Assembly (NCBI RefSeq): GCF_006345805.1
Contig: NC_042997.1
Coordinates: 106,454,001 to 106,518,000, forward strand
From: Octopus sinensis
Taxonomy: Eukaryota
Direction of reading: 5' to 3'
DNA: 64,000 nucleotides
The notes under the pieces were generated by a model that saw nothing but the letters and a program-made list of their open reading frames with translations, did no database searches and was not told the DNA's origin. Below, one piece after another: positions 1-12,742 of this stretch (its first letter is position 1; every line of letters begins with the position of its first letter). Both the position numbers and the translations under genes were made by a program.

Positions 1-600
1 TGAGCAGAAGTCTATGCATGGATATGTTAGTAGAAAGCTCCGAGATGATAGTAACATTGATATTCAAAGCAGTTTATCATGGACGAATAGCCGGATTACT
101 ACCTCCCACTCTGAAGGGTATGCGTTTGCAATCCAGGAACAGGAAATATCAACCAAGTACCTGATGCACAAAAGGGACAGAGATACGGGAAAAGCAGTAA
201 AATGTGACAACCGATGCAGACATTGTGGAGTTCGCAATAAATATATCACCCACATTGTAAGCAGTTGTCCGAAATTGTTATCACTGTATTATCTACCGAT
301 GTGACATGATGTTGTATCTAGGACTCTATAATGAAATTCGTCGGAAGGATAATCTCAGGACAAATAAATAAGAACCTAAAATATGGTAGAAACCAAAACC
401 ACTCATAATAAAAAAGAATACTGGTGAAATGTCCGAGTGAAGACTTCAATAAAATGTAAGCACAACAGACCTAATATAATGATCTAGGATAGAGAAGAGA
501 AACTGTGCACAGTTGTGGAAATTACCTACTCGGCCGATGTTAACATAAAGCTGAAGATCAGTGAAAAAGAGGACGCCTATGCTGAATTATTGAGAAATCA
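1..600 (+). mobile_element. Non-LTR retrotransposon fragment, RLE type (R4/Dong-like): CCHC knuckle and restriction-like endonuclease, decayed
   Basis: ORF 14..304 has EGYAFAIQEQ...CRHC...HIVSSC. After a stop, the frame continues HDVV, and later decayed reading gives KHNRPNIMI...VVEIT (PD-D/ExK-like). Confidence 0.8.
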
Positions 601-604
601 TACA

Positions 605-720
605 TACATACATACATATAAACAAAAGTACCCTGTTGATTTTGAAGTTCCAATGAAAGAGCCTTGGATCTAGGTTAGAAACCTGTTCTTTCTCTATTGG
701 CAAGAAATCTTGAAATAAAC
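605..720 (+). repeat. Short interspersed repeat attached to (CATA)n; inverted copy at ~9410-9520
   Basis: ttttgaagttccaatgaa...tctaggttagaa...ttctttctctattggcaagaaatcttgaaata matches the reverse complement of ~9410-9520. Confidence 0.6.
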
Positions 721-1074
721 TGGATAATGAAATACAAACATGTATACAGACATACATATGTTAAAATTATGTACGTGTACATATATGAGCGTATATACAT
801 ATATGTGTGTGCGTGTTTCTTTTTTTTTTGTGTGTGTGTTCGTGTGTCTTTTTTCTGTGTGTGTACAAACGGACGGACGACTGAAATGATGAACAGTTGA
901 TTGATTGATAGATTGACAGAAGTGTATACGTGTATATTCACTCACACATGCACACACACACACACACACACAAACACACATACATAAACACGCACACACG
1001 AGTCTAGCCTGAATACGTGTGCACTAAAGAATAATGAATTATTTTCATATATACGTTTCATATATACATACATA

Positions 1075-1285
1075 CTCTTTACTCTTTTACTTGTTTCAAT
1101 CATTTGATTGTGGCCATGCTGGAGCAGCGCATTTAGTCGAGCAAATCGTCCCCAGGAATTATTCTTTGTAAGCCTAGTACTTATTCTATCGGACGCTTAT
1201 GCCGAACCGCTAAGCTACAGCGACGCGTAAACACACAAGCATCGGTTGTCAAGCGATGTTGGGGGGACAAACACAGACACACAAA
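1075..1285 (-). mobile_element. SINE family B, 3' part
   Basis: Matches the copies at 24825-25125, 51825-51968 and 55625-56040 (gcttgacaaccgatg...ttagcggttcggca...aataagtact...gactgaaacaagtaaaagag). Confidence 0.75.
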
Positions 1286-1728
1286 CATACACACACAACA
1301 CACACACATATATATATATATGTATATTATATATATATATATATATATATTATAATATATATTATATAATATATATAAAGACCCTTGTCCTACGTCTGGT
1401 TTGTTTTGTTTTTTATCTTTACCGTTATTGTTTTTACGTTTTTGTATTCTTTGGTGTCACGTATTCTGTATTTTGTTCGTGTACTTCGTTCGTTTTCCGT
1501 CCTCGTGTTGTATACATTCGAAGCTTTCTTCCAGGGGATCTAATGCGCTTGGCTTAGATTCCTTGGCGGGCTGCCCAGATCGGAGCAATCTCAAGATTAA
1601 TCAGCCGAAATTGCGAAGATGATCTGGTTCTTGACTGATGAGAGGGCTTCGAATGTCCCGTCCTGTGGTTCTTGTGTCGTCTCTTTGGTGTTTCATGTTC
1701 TTGTCCATGTCTGATATTTATATTTTAC

Positions 1729-1794
<66 letters not shown>

Positions 1795-1842
1795 AATATA
1801 TAATATATATATATATATAATATATATATAATATATATAATA

Positions 1843-1869
<27 letters not shown>

Positions 1870-1876
<7 letters not shown>

Positions 1877-3144
1877 GTTCAATCAGATAAAACTAGGAAT
1901 CTCTATAAATTGGATGTTAAATTATATGATAACCTTTTAGAGAAAGAATATTTAAAAAACATAAATTGTTCCAGATAGTATACTTTATTATATTAATAAA
2001 GCCTCTAAATTAGTAATGATAATCTATGAATTGGATAATAAAACTGAACCTTATGTACCTATGCACCCTAGAATTACTCTGAAAGAGCATAAAGATAATT
2101 TTTATTCAGACCCTAAGCTATATTTATTTGTCCATGTAAATCTGACCTTGGTAAATTGAGTAAACTTATTTTAGATAAATATATTAATAAAGTAAATAAA
2201 CTTAATTACTTAAAATTATGGTTTAGTAATAATCATACTTTAAATTGGTTTAATAATATTAAAGATTAAAATCGATATAAATTTATTCAAATAGATATAG
2301 ATAATTACTATTCTTCTATTAATGAAATTGTGTTTAATAAGGCCCTTATTTTTGCAATGAATAAAGTGGGAATGACTTTTGAAGAGGTTAACGTAATTAA
2401 AATGGCTAGGAAATCGTTTATAAAATATAAAAATAAATTATGGGCTAGGAAAGATACTAGGGACTTTTTTTGATATACCTATGGGAGCACCTGATTCTGC
2501 ACAAGCTACGGATTTAGTAGGTATTTATCTTTTATCTGAACTCCAATTAGAAAATTTAAAAATAGAGGGTGGTTTATATAGGGATGACCTTCTACTAATT
2601 ACTAAAGAATTGCACCAATAGGAACCTAGAAGTATTTAAGAAAAAACTTTATAGTTTCTTTAAAAGATATTGTTTAGGTATTACTATATATAATGAGAAT
2701 TTTAATGTTAATTATTTAGATGCTAATTTTAACCTAATTAGGGGTAAAACACAACCATATCATAAACTTAATGAGAACCTTAGATATATAAATGTTAATA
2801 GTAATCACCCACCATCAATTAGAAAATCGTTGATTAATAATATAAGTAAACGTATATCATTACTTTCTTATGATTTAGAGATTTTTAATAAACATGCTCC
2901 TTAATACAATGAGGCCCTTAGAGAGGCAGGTTATAATAGTAATATTAAATTTTTTATTAAAAATAAAGATAAAACTATTAATAATAGAGATTAAAATATT
3001 AATAATAATTATAATAATTTGGTTAGTAATATTTGTAATAATCTTAGACATTATAAAAAAAAAAAATAATATAAATAAAAATAAGAATAAAAATAAAAAT
3101 AATGACTTTAATAATTCTTTAAATGTTAATTATAAATTTAAATC

Positions 3145-3185
<41 letters not shown>

Positions 3186-4000
3186 TGATAAAGAAATATA
3201 ATAATAATAATAATGGTAACAATAATAATGACAGTTTTAAATAATAAGAAGAAAAATAAGAATAAAATTGGTTAATAGTTCCTTATGGTGCTCAAGTTGA
3301 AAAGAACATGGTTAAAGAGATTTTAGATATTATTAAACTATTTATTCGAGATAATCGTAAATATAAAAACATTCTCTAGTAATAATTTTGGAGAAGTTAT
3401 TCTACCACTAATAGTGTAAGTAACATTATTTCTTCTTTTAACAAATTTGAACTGAATAATTTTTATAAAAATAAATTATATAATAATACCAATAATAAAA
3501 AAAGATAATACACTAATTAACTGTACATGTAGAGATAAAACTAAATGCAACTTAAATAATAAATGTGATATTAACGATGTAGTGTATAAATGTATAGTTA
3601 CATTACATGATGAGAATAATAAGAATAATAATAACTCAAACGCGATATATATAGGGTCTACTTCCTCTAAAATAAAATTAAGAATCGCACAGCATATGCA
3701 TTCACTTAAAAATGAAAACTTAATTAACTCCACTGGACTTAGCAAGTACATTTGGGGACTTAAATCCCAAAATATTAATTATGATTTATCTTAGGAAATA
3801 ATTAGTGAGGGTAAATCATATAATGTAGGAGGGAACTTTTGTTATTTATGTTCAAATGAGTTTAAGGAAATTTTATTTTATAAGCATGATAAATTAGAAA
3901 ATATCTAGGATGAGCGCAAAATAAAAGGCAGACACAAGTTACTTTACTTATATAATAAATTTCTTGATAAATCACGAATATTTCTTAGCCTTAATTAGCT
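1870..4000 (+). mobile_element. Penelope-like element (RT plus C-terminal GIY-YIG endonuclease), decayed and very AT-rich
   Basis: RT motifs FIQIDIDNYY, FDIPMGAPDSAQATDLVG and GGLYRDD at ~2280-2590. GIY-YIG motifs YKCIV...IYIGST...RIAQH...LSKYIW...CYLC at ~3580-3860. Confidence 0.8.
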
Positions 4001-4734
4001 CCGTATTTGTTGATTTATGTAATAGTATTCTAAATATAGCAGGTGATTTGTAGTACTTATTATATTCGTGTATTTTAGTTATTTAGGTTCTGTTTATAAT
4101 TATAATTAGATTATATATAGTTGTTTATTTTATTACTAAATATTTTATTACTAAATATATTTTTTAATAAATATTTAATGGTTTATTGAATATAGAGTTT
4201 GGTAAGTTACAATTTTATTTATTTATAATAAAGTTAAGTTTTATATTCTGTATATTTCTGTTATAATTTGTAAATTATAATTTTGTTATATTAATCTATT
4301 TGTATGTAATCTCTTTATATTTGAAAAGATTTATTTAGTTGTTTATTTAATCTATTTTATTAATATAGAAGTATAGATTAGTAAGATTGAATATTTAGAT
4401 TAAACTTAAAGTTTACCTCTATTTTTGTATTATAGTATGAATATAAACATTTATATACGTATTTATTATATGATATATGTGTTTGTGTGTGTATGTATAT
4501 ATGTGTATATGTTTATGTGCGTGTATATATATGTATATACAATTTATGTGTGTGTGGGGGGTGTATATAGGTGTATGTGTATATATTGAGTATTGTATGT
4601 ATGTACATGTATGTATGTGTGTGCATATGTGTATGTTGTGTATGTGTGTGTATATATGTGTGTACATATGTATATGTATGTATGTTTGTATGTATGTGTA
4701 TACATATATGTATATATAATATATGTATATATAT

Positions 4735-4776
<42 letters not shown>

Positions 4777-5077
4777 TTATATTTAATATATATATATGTA
4801 TACGTATGTATAGTTATACTGCAAATTTTGATAATAGATGAAACGGTGCATCGTATAAGAAACTACAGGGTAAATGTTTTTTTAATTTTCTCCTGGTTTG
4901 CGGAATAATGTTATTTTGCGGTTGAAGCTTGGCTGTTATTTCTAGTGGGTGAATGGCCTATTATGGCCGTTCCTTGATTGTGATGTTGAACTTATAAATG
5001 GTCTATGACTATTTAATTTTTTCCCACTAGCCGCTGGTGGCAAAAAAATTCTACAAAATTTTTTGCCACCCTATTGA

Positions 5078-5177
<100 letters not shown>

Positions 5178-5325
5178 CATATATATATGTATATATGTAT
5201 ATATATTTATATAATACATATATATATTATGTACATATATACATACCTATATATATGCGTACATACACACACACACACATATAAATATATATATATGAAT
5301 GCATACATAGATATCTGCTTGCGTG

Positions 5326-5363
<38 letters not shown>

Positions 5364-5488
5364 CATGCATACACGAGTGCGCGCAACATGCATGCGTATA
5401 CACTCAAATGTGTAAATTTGTAAGTGCACGTGAGGTTTTGTATATGCATAAGTGCGTGAGAGAGAGAGGGTGAGAGAGAGAGTGTGTT

Positions 5489-5528
<40 letters not shown>

Positions 5529-6430
5529 TGTGTGTGCGCGCGTGCATGTTTATGAATTTTTTTTTTAAATCCTCTCTTGCCCCATTATCTTCATTCGTCG
5601 AATATGTCTGCCAACAACAAAAGCTTAAATTCCTATTACATCTTACAGCGAATCACTGCAAAATTTACAACTCCATTCATGGGAGAACGGAAGCCTCGCT
5701 GATTATTCTGTCAGGATGCAATTGAAATTTTACTTTACGACGTACAGAAATGGTTTACACAGATTTAACAAATTACATTTAAGTTAGATCGAAAACTTGC
5801 AACATATCTTATATTTGTACCAGATTAATGGAAAACGGCCGTTAATCATACATAAATGATTCACATACACTGAAGACAAAGATATAATTTATTATTATTA
5901 CTTCGCACAGCCAGCAGAGTAATAATAACCCTCTATCTTTAATTATATTATCACTTGATCGGGAAGCTTGTTTTCATTTATATCGCTAAATACCGGAATA
6001 TAAAATGAAGAAAACGAGCAGATTATGAAATCGCACAAGAATTCCACCTGAAAGTATTCCAATATTTAAAATCATTAGACCCACTAAATTTGGATAATCC
6101 ATTGGAACATTTACTGCCAAGCACTTTCCGCGATTTTTGGTCTCATTCAGATAGAAAACTTGCCTTTCCTTAATACGAAAATATACTAAATGTATATACG
6201 TAATATTATGTGAAATGAACTTCGATTGAATGCTTACCCACACTTATAGCAATCAGATACGTAAGTAGCTTTAACTTATAGCAAAACTTTTAGTCTTTCA
6301 TATTATCACTACCAATCAGGTCGAGATTTCATTATTTTGGATCTTTCTTTTGACGTTTAACCTAGTATTCCATAGCAATCTATTAAAAAATTAGCATTAA
6401 ATTACTTGCGTTTCTTCATTTCTGGCTGAA

Positions 6431-6442
6431 ATGCTTATCTAA
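6431..6442 (+). promoter_or_regulatory. 3-codon uORF (ATG CTT ATC TAA) ending 2 nt before the TLR-A start
   Basis: Read directly: gaa ATGCTTATCTAA ag ATG(6445). Function and inclusion in the mRNA are not shown. Confidence 0.4.
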
Positions 6443-6444
6443 AG

Positions 6445-8687
6445 ATGATATACATATTCATTATTATATTTGGTTATTTCTTGAAAATATTTACTTCAGT
6501 GACTGCAAATTGTCAGACAGATTGTCCAATTGTTTGCCACTGTACCGAAGACAAATTAAAACACTGTACAGTAACATGTACTGACAAAATTCTAACTCAA
6601 ATACCCAGTTATTTTCCAGAAAATACGACATCATTAGATCTAAGTCGAAACCACATTAAAAGAATTCCTCCTGATATTATTAGACATTTAAACTTATTAG
6701 AGGTGCTAAAAGTTGACGATAATCTTCTTGAATATTTACTGCCAAACACCTTTCAAGGTTTGTGGTCTTTGAGAGAACTGTCATTGGAATACAACAAACT
6801 AACTATTAATTATTCGTCATTTCCTATAAATCTTTTCCGAAATTTAACTAAAGTGAAAATTCTAAAATTACGAGGTAACACTGTGCACAAAAACACAAAA
6901 CTTATTGATAGAACTATATCTCATCTAACTGCACTGGAAGATTTATACATTACAGGTGGTCAGTACTTTATCTTTGGAGCAGGATATAAGAATTTGACAA
7001 AATTAAAATATATTAATTTTGCCTCAAAAAGAAACAGTTCAGTTATGATATATATTGTAAAATATGCATTTAGAAATGTTCCCAGAATAACCCATTTGAA
7101 TTTAGATTACTGCCACTTACACAGATTAAACGGCTACACATTAGCATTTTTCGAAAATCTGCACCTCCTACGCATTTCATTTAACAATCAAAAGCTGCTG
7201 GAGGAAATTCCACGGACCTTGGAACGTCTAAAATTCCCAAGCAAATTGCAAATATTATATTTTAGTAATATGAAATTATATGTAGGAACTGGCATTATTA
7301 TTAGCGAGCATTTTACAAAGCCTTTACATAAATCTGGATTGAAGAAGATTGTTTTAAATTCAGATCATATTGAAATAATTTCTTGGAATAGCATTCTCTC
7401 CTTGCCCAACACTTTGGAATACGCTTATTTGAGAAACAACCAATTAACATACGGAGAATATATCTTTCAAATTAAGGCTTTACCCAACATTAAATTAATC
7501 GACATTAGCATGACATTATCATATAGAAAGCTACCATTTATTCGAAGTGAATTATTCAATAGCGATATTACATACAGTTATGCAATCCCTAAATCTCTTA
7601 AAACATTCTTACTACAAGGTTGCCACTATCAATTTCCGATACCACCATTCCATATAAAAGATGCAAATGCAATAAGATTAATTAATGCAACGAATAATTT
7701 ATTTTGTCCATGGAGTGGCCCAGTCCGAGGCTTAGAGCAATTACAAATTCTGGATTTAAGTCACAACCAATGCAATAATATCAGCAACGAATTCTTCACA
7801 TATTTCACTGGTCTGCGACTTTTGAATATCGAAAATAACGCAATAGGAATTTCAGGTCAAGTTGCCGAAGAAGGTTTCAGCAAAGCTTTTCTAAATTTAA
7901 CCAGCCTCGAAGAATTACATCTTTCAAATAACCACATTCAATATTTATCAAACAACAGTTTGTTACAGCTGAAAAATCTCAGAATCTTAAATTTACGCAA
8001 CAATTTATTGGAATCATTTGATGTAAAGATTAGTCATATGTTAAATTTATCATATTTAGATTTATCTAAAAACGTTTTACAGGAACTGTCGGAAAACACT
8101 TTTAATGCCATTGAAAAGATATCTGAACACCATAAATTCACTGTCAACATCCAAAGCAATAATTTGAAATGTGGTTGTGCACAAATAAGATTTCTCACTT
8201 GGCTGCACAAAGTACGGAATTCAGGTCGTTTGAAAATAATGTACTCGAAATGTACTCATCCTAACGGAACAGTATGGAAGTTGAAAGGAGATCGGCTTGT
8301 TAGGATCGTAAGCTTTCTGAATCACACTTGTTCAGCCTTGATAGGGATAATAATTGCGATAAGTTTTGGTGTTGTAATACTGATTATATTTCTAGTTGCC
8401 TCACTCATTTACCATTTTAGATGGAAGCTACAATATTTATATTACATGATCCGAGAAAAGTATTCCTACAAACGACTCACTCCCGATGAATATATTTACG
8501 ATGCATTTGTGATTTATGCCGACGAAAATCGAGATTTTGCATTAAATTATTTGATTCCAGAATTGGAAGAAAAAGAAAACTTACGTTTGAATATTCATCA
8601 TCGGGACTTCCCTGTTGGAAAATTGATATCAGAAAATATATTATCAGCAATCCAATCTAGTCGAAAATGTATTATTTTATTAAGCAG
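6445..8687 (+). CDS. Toll-like receptor TLR-A, coding exon 1 (signal peptide, LRRNT, LRRs, LRRCT, TM, N-terminal TIR)
   Basis: 748-aa ORF with a hydrophobic N-terminus, CQTDCPIVCHC cap, many LxxLxLxxN repeats, NNLKCGC...W...C LRRCT, TM segment and TIR boxes YDAFVIY and HHRDFPVG. Ends at an AG|GTAAG donor (phase 2). Confidence 0.95.
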
Positions 8688-8727
8688 GTAAGAAACCCCC
8701 ATTAAAATTATAGCATCCACACACACA

Positions 8728-8758
<31 letters not shown>

Positions 8759-8780
8759 TATCTTCCTAATTTTCAAAGTA

Positions 8781-8997
8781 CGATGGGTTGCTGAAAAACT
8801 CCTGGTTTTAAGGGTACCACGAAAGGCTTGGTTGGAGGCCCAATCTTCCGAGTTCTTTTACAGAGCTTAGAAAAACTGAAGGATCGCAGCAATAAGTGTG
8901 TGAATCTGAGGGGGGAATATGTTGAATAAAATGATGCTTAACTCATCCACTTGTATTTTCTTTTAACCACAGCCAGGAACTTTTCAGCAGCCCCTCG
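8781..8997 (+). mobile_element. Internally deleted mariner-type element (MITE) in the TLR-A intron
   Basis: Imperfect TIRs (ta)cgatgggttgctgaaaaactcctgg and ccaggaacttttcagcagcccctcg. The interior encodes a transposase C-terminus-like LEKLKDRSNKCVNLRGEYVE. Confidence 0.78.
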
Positions 8998-9371
8998 TTC
9001 AAAGCAATTATTAGCATTATTTGTATTATTAACAGATATCACATTCAACACATATTTTGAGTACTAACTATAATATATATTCCTTTCTTTAGCATAATTT
9101 ATTTGACATAAAACAAAAGAATTTAATGCATGGTTTAACTAACTCGGTAATAATTAGAAACATTAACATCACTTAACATTTCCGTGGGTCCGTGTTTAAA
9201 AAAAGTTTTGGATCAAGAAGGATATGTAGAGGGATTAAAAGTGTAAAAGAGTAGCAGTTGTGTAAGGGTGAGTGTGAGTTACGAAAATGTCTGCTACGTC
9301 AAACTGTACTATCTACCCCATGTTCAATATACTCCATAATATTAAAAAGTATATATTATATATATACGTAG

Positions 9372-9995
9372 ATGTGCGTACATGTATGTATGCATGTATG
9401 TATGTCATTTTTCAGCGTATTTCAAGATTTCTTGCCTATAGAGAAAGAACCGTCTTCTAACCTAGATGCTTCATTGGAATTTCAAAGTCGACAACAAGGT
9501 ATTTTTGATTGTATGTATGTATGCATGCATGTATGTATGAATGTATGTACGTATGTATGTATGTATGTATGTTTGTATGTATGTATGTATGTATGTATGT
9601 ATGTATGTATGTACGTACGTACGTATGTATGCACGCATGCATATATGTATGTGTGTGTATGTATGTATTTTGTATGTATGTTTGTATGTATGTATGTATG
9701 TATTTATGTATGTATGTATGTATGCATGTATGTATGCACAGCTTTGTTTTATGCATGTATTCTCATGCATAATGAGAAACTGCTGAAAAGTTTTACACAT
9801 TTCTATAGTTCCAGTGAGAGATTGGATCTGTAGTCTTCAAATTAGCATGTATGTACGTACGTATGTATGCATGCATGCATATATGTATGTGTTTATGTAT
9901 GTATGTATGTGTGTATGTATGTGTGTATGTATGTATGTATGTATGTATGTATGTATGTATGTATGTATGTATGTATGTATGTATGTATGTATGCT
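9372..9995. repeat. Compound (TATG)n microsatellite tracts
   Basis: Read directly; these tracts explain the MYVC/HTYI ORFs here. Confidence 0.95.
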
Positions 9996-10952
9996 AATGC
10001 CAAGAGATACTTTAGGCAATAAACTCCGATATCCAACAACTAACATTATGTCCACTAATTTAAGTATTCCTGGTTTCAGATAAAAATAATAAAGTTTATA
10101 CAAGTATTAAACTATTAGTGACATCTAACTTGGGTAGAATAGTTTTCTCTGACGCTTCTACTGTAAAGGGATAATCTATTTGTTCAACATGATTTTGGCA
10201 AAATTCACTCAAATAGATTACTCTTGCATTGGTGTCATTTGAAATTGCTTAGGATATTCACTCTCGTATTACGCTACAATACAACATTGCACACAGTCCT
10301 GTATCTAATATTGCCAAAATATCTGGACAGCTTAACATTCTTAAGCTGTAATTATGATATAAAACTTGTCTTTGAAGTCCTTAGTTGCTCTTTAACAGAT
10401 TCCGAAATGCCACCAATATCGTCGGTTGATTCAGAATTTTGTTGTCTCCTGATTTCCGGCAGTTTCTACTAGTCATCATCTTTCTACTAACGTGAAAATT
10501 GCAATTAATAGACTGTTTCCACAACACATTTTACATTTACAGTATGGAGTAACGGTCACCTACCAGGTTTCAATGGGAGTGGAAGTTCAAAAATTCAAGA
10601 ATATGTCGAAATATTACATCTGCACATTTTCTATTGAACAATTGTTAAGAGTCTCTAAAACTTCGCACCTCATAGGAACTGGAACAGTTCAAATTTAGGC
10701 ATATATCTTTATGCGAACGGAATTACAAAATATATTGCACAATAAAGTGCAGCAAGTTGAGTCGTAGAAGTTTAACAAAAATATTTCTGCCTAATCAGCA
10801 CACCGAGTACATCTGATAATATAAAATAATACTTGGGAAAATGAACATTAGGAAACTACAAATAGCAATATTTATTAGAAGTCCATTTGAAGAATTAAGA
10901 GACTATTTCAATACAGAATTGTTCATTGATATTTTATTATGTTCTCTTGCAG

Positions 10953-11193
10953 ATATTTTGTGGAAAGTAAATGGTGTATGTTTGAATATAACTTAGCTAA
11001 AATGGAATATATTCATACCGAAAGAAATATAGTAATTATTGTGGTACTGGAGCAGGTACCACACAGACAGCTGCCATTACCAATTCTTGAACAGATAAAG
11101 AATCAGAGTTACATTGAATTTCCAAAAGAAAATGAGATTGCTCAAGAAATGTTCTGGAAAAATCTAAAACATTCTATACAGCTAAAAGATTAA
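10953..11193 (+). CDS. TLR-A coding exon 2 (C-terminal TIR); spliced product 827 aa
   Basis: Acceptor ttctcttgcAG|A completes the Arg codon (AG+A). Continues YFVESKWCMFEYNLA...SYIEFP...FWKNLK to TAA, with AATAAA at ~11266. Confidence 0.93.
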
Positions 11194-11652
11194 TGTATTT
11201 GAATTTGTTATAATTACAATTTACAGTCATCAAGAAAAGATGCTTATAATTTTAATAAGGTAGGCAATAAAATATTTTGAACTTTGGAATTGTTATTCTT
11301 GACTATTAAAATACTAGAATGGATATGAAAGTTAATTTGCACAAGAATTAGTAAAGATTACTTTAAGAGTGGATCGACAGATGTGAGTATCTTATTAAAA
11401 TGCTCAAGATAAACTACTATTTTATGAGCTAAAGCAAACTAGCTAATTTAATTAATTACTACAGATGTTGGATATCAATAATAATGATGCAGTATATTGA
11501 TATGTATTATACAATTAATACAAATTTAATTAATGTAAAATCTTTGATCTATGTGTTGAATTTGGTGTCAGGAAGCGAGGAAAACAATGCACATGCAGAA
11601 CTAGTAATAAGATTTCCTGCAGGTGTAAATTTTGAATAAAAGAAACAAGATA

Positions 11653-11714
<62 letters not shown>

Positions 11715-12325
11715 TGTGTGTGTGTGTGTGTGTTTGTGTGTGTGTCAGTTAAAAATAGCGACATAAAATAATCGTTGCTTTGATGCATTTGTCCTTGATT
11801 TTTCAACTGACTGGAAATGATCTTCTGCACCAAAACGTAAATTTGTCGAACTGACTGATATATTATAATAATGACCCAATAACCAGAGATGTGACAAAAA
11901 GCCTTGCGGGCAAAGGAGAAGTTATCTATTTACAACAGGAGCCGTGTTTGCAACGAATAATAATTAGCATATCCAATCTAAATTCGATATGATGTTTAGA
12001 ACGCCTTGAATTTCATGAAACGTACCAAGTAAGGACGGACTATATCGGCTGACCGAATGAGAGTCTGCAGCGGTGGATGGCATTATCATATTACGTGATT
12101 TCACTGTTGATTGCGGATCATCAGTTATACCCAAACTCTTCTCTATATAAGTGTAGATTAAAATATATTCAGTGACATACTTAACGTGTTTAGCAAACCC
12201 TTTACAATAGTTATTGTCACTGTACGAGTTCCCAGTGACAAGCGGGGAAAGGGCGGAAAGGAAGGTAAATAAATGCTTTCGAAGACAACAGGCCTGTACA
12301 TAAGATCCTTACTGTACTTACTGTA

Positions 12326-12742
12326 CAAAGAGATCAAAGAGGGTCACGAAAGAGATCAAAGAGGGTGCCGAAAGAGATCAAAGAGGGTGCCGAAAGAGAC
12401 CAAAGAGGGTGCCGAGAGAGATCAAAGAAGGTGCCGAAAGATATCAAAGAGGATGCCGAAAGAGATCAAAGAATTTCCCGAAAGAGACCAAAAAGGCTGC
12501 TGAAAGAGATCAAAGAGGCTGCCGAAAGAGATCAAAGAGGCTGCCGAAAGAGATCAAAGAGGGTGCCGTAAAAATCAAAGAAGGTGCCAAAAGAGATCAA
12601 AGCGCGTGCCGAAAGAGATCAAAGAGGATGCCGATTGAGATCAAAGAGGGTCCCGAAAGACATCAAAAAGGCTGCCGAAAGAGATCAAAGAGGAGTCCCG
12701 AAAGAGATCAAAGAGGTTGCCGAAAGAGATCAAAGAGGAGTC
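12326..12742 (+). repeat. Minisatellite, ~22-bp unit (gaaagagatcaaagagggtgcc), roughly 19 degenerate copies
   Basis: Read directly. A unit length not divisible by 3 explains the similar ORFs in all three + frames. Confidence 0.9.

Noticed and set aside
1870-4430. Extreme AT/TpA richness of the PLE, suggesting RIP-like mutation
   Set aside because: Cannot be distinguished from a natively AT-rich family without a consensus; no directional C-to-T count is possible here.
4825-4875. Hammerhead-like tagatga...gaaactacag
   Set aside because: The core deviates from CTGANGA at two positions and stem geometry is poor. ctgatgaagg at ~25953 similarly lacks a properly placed GAAA.
5036-5070. 12-bp perfect hairpin GGTGGCAAAAAA/TTTTTTGCCACC resembling a terminator
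   Set aside because: Eukaryotic context; more likely collapsed transposon TIRs. No further support.
5560-6430. NF-kB or other transcription-factor sites upstream of TLR-A
   Set aside because: No convincing GGGRNWYYCC match was seen, and the transcription start is unknown (probable 5' UTR intron).
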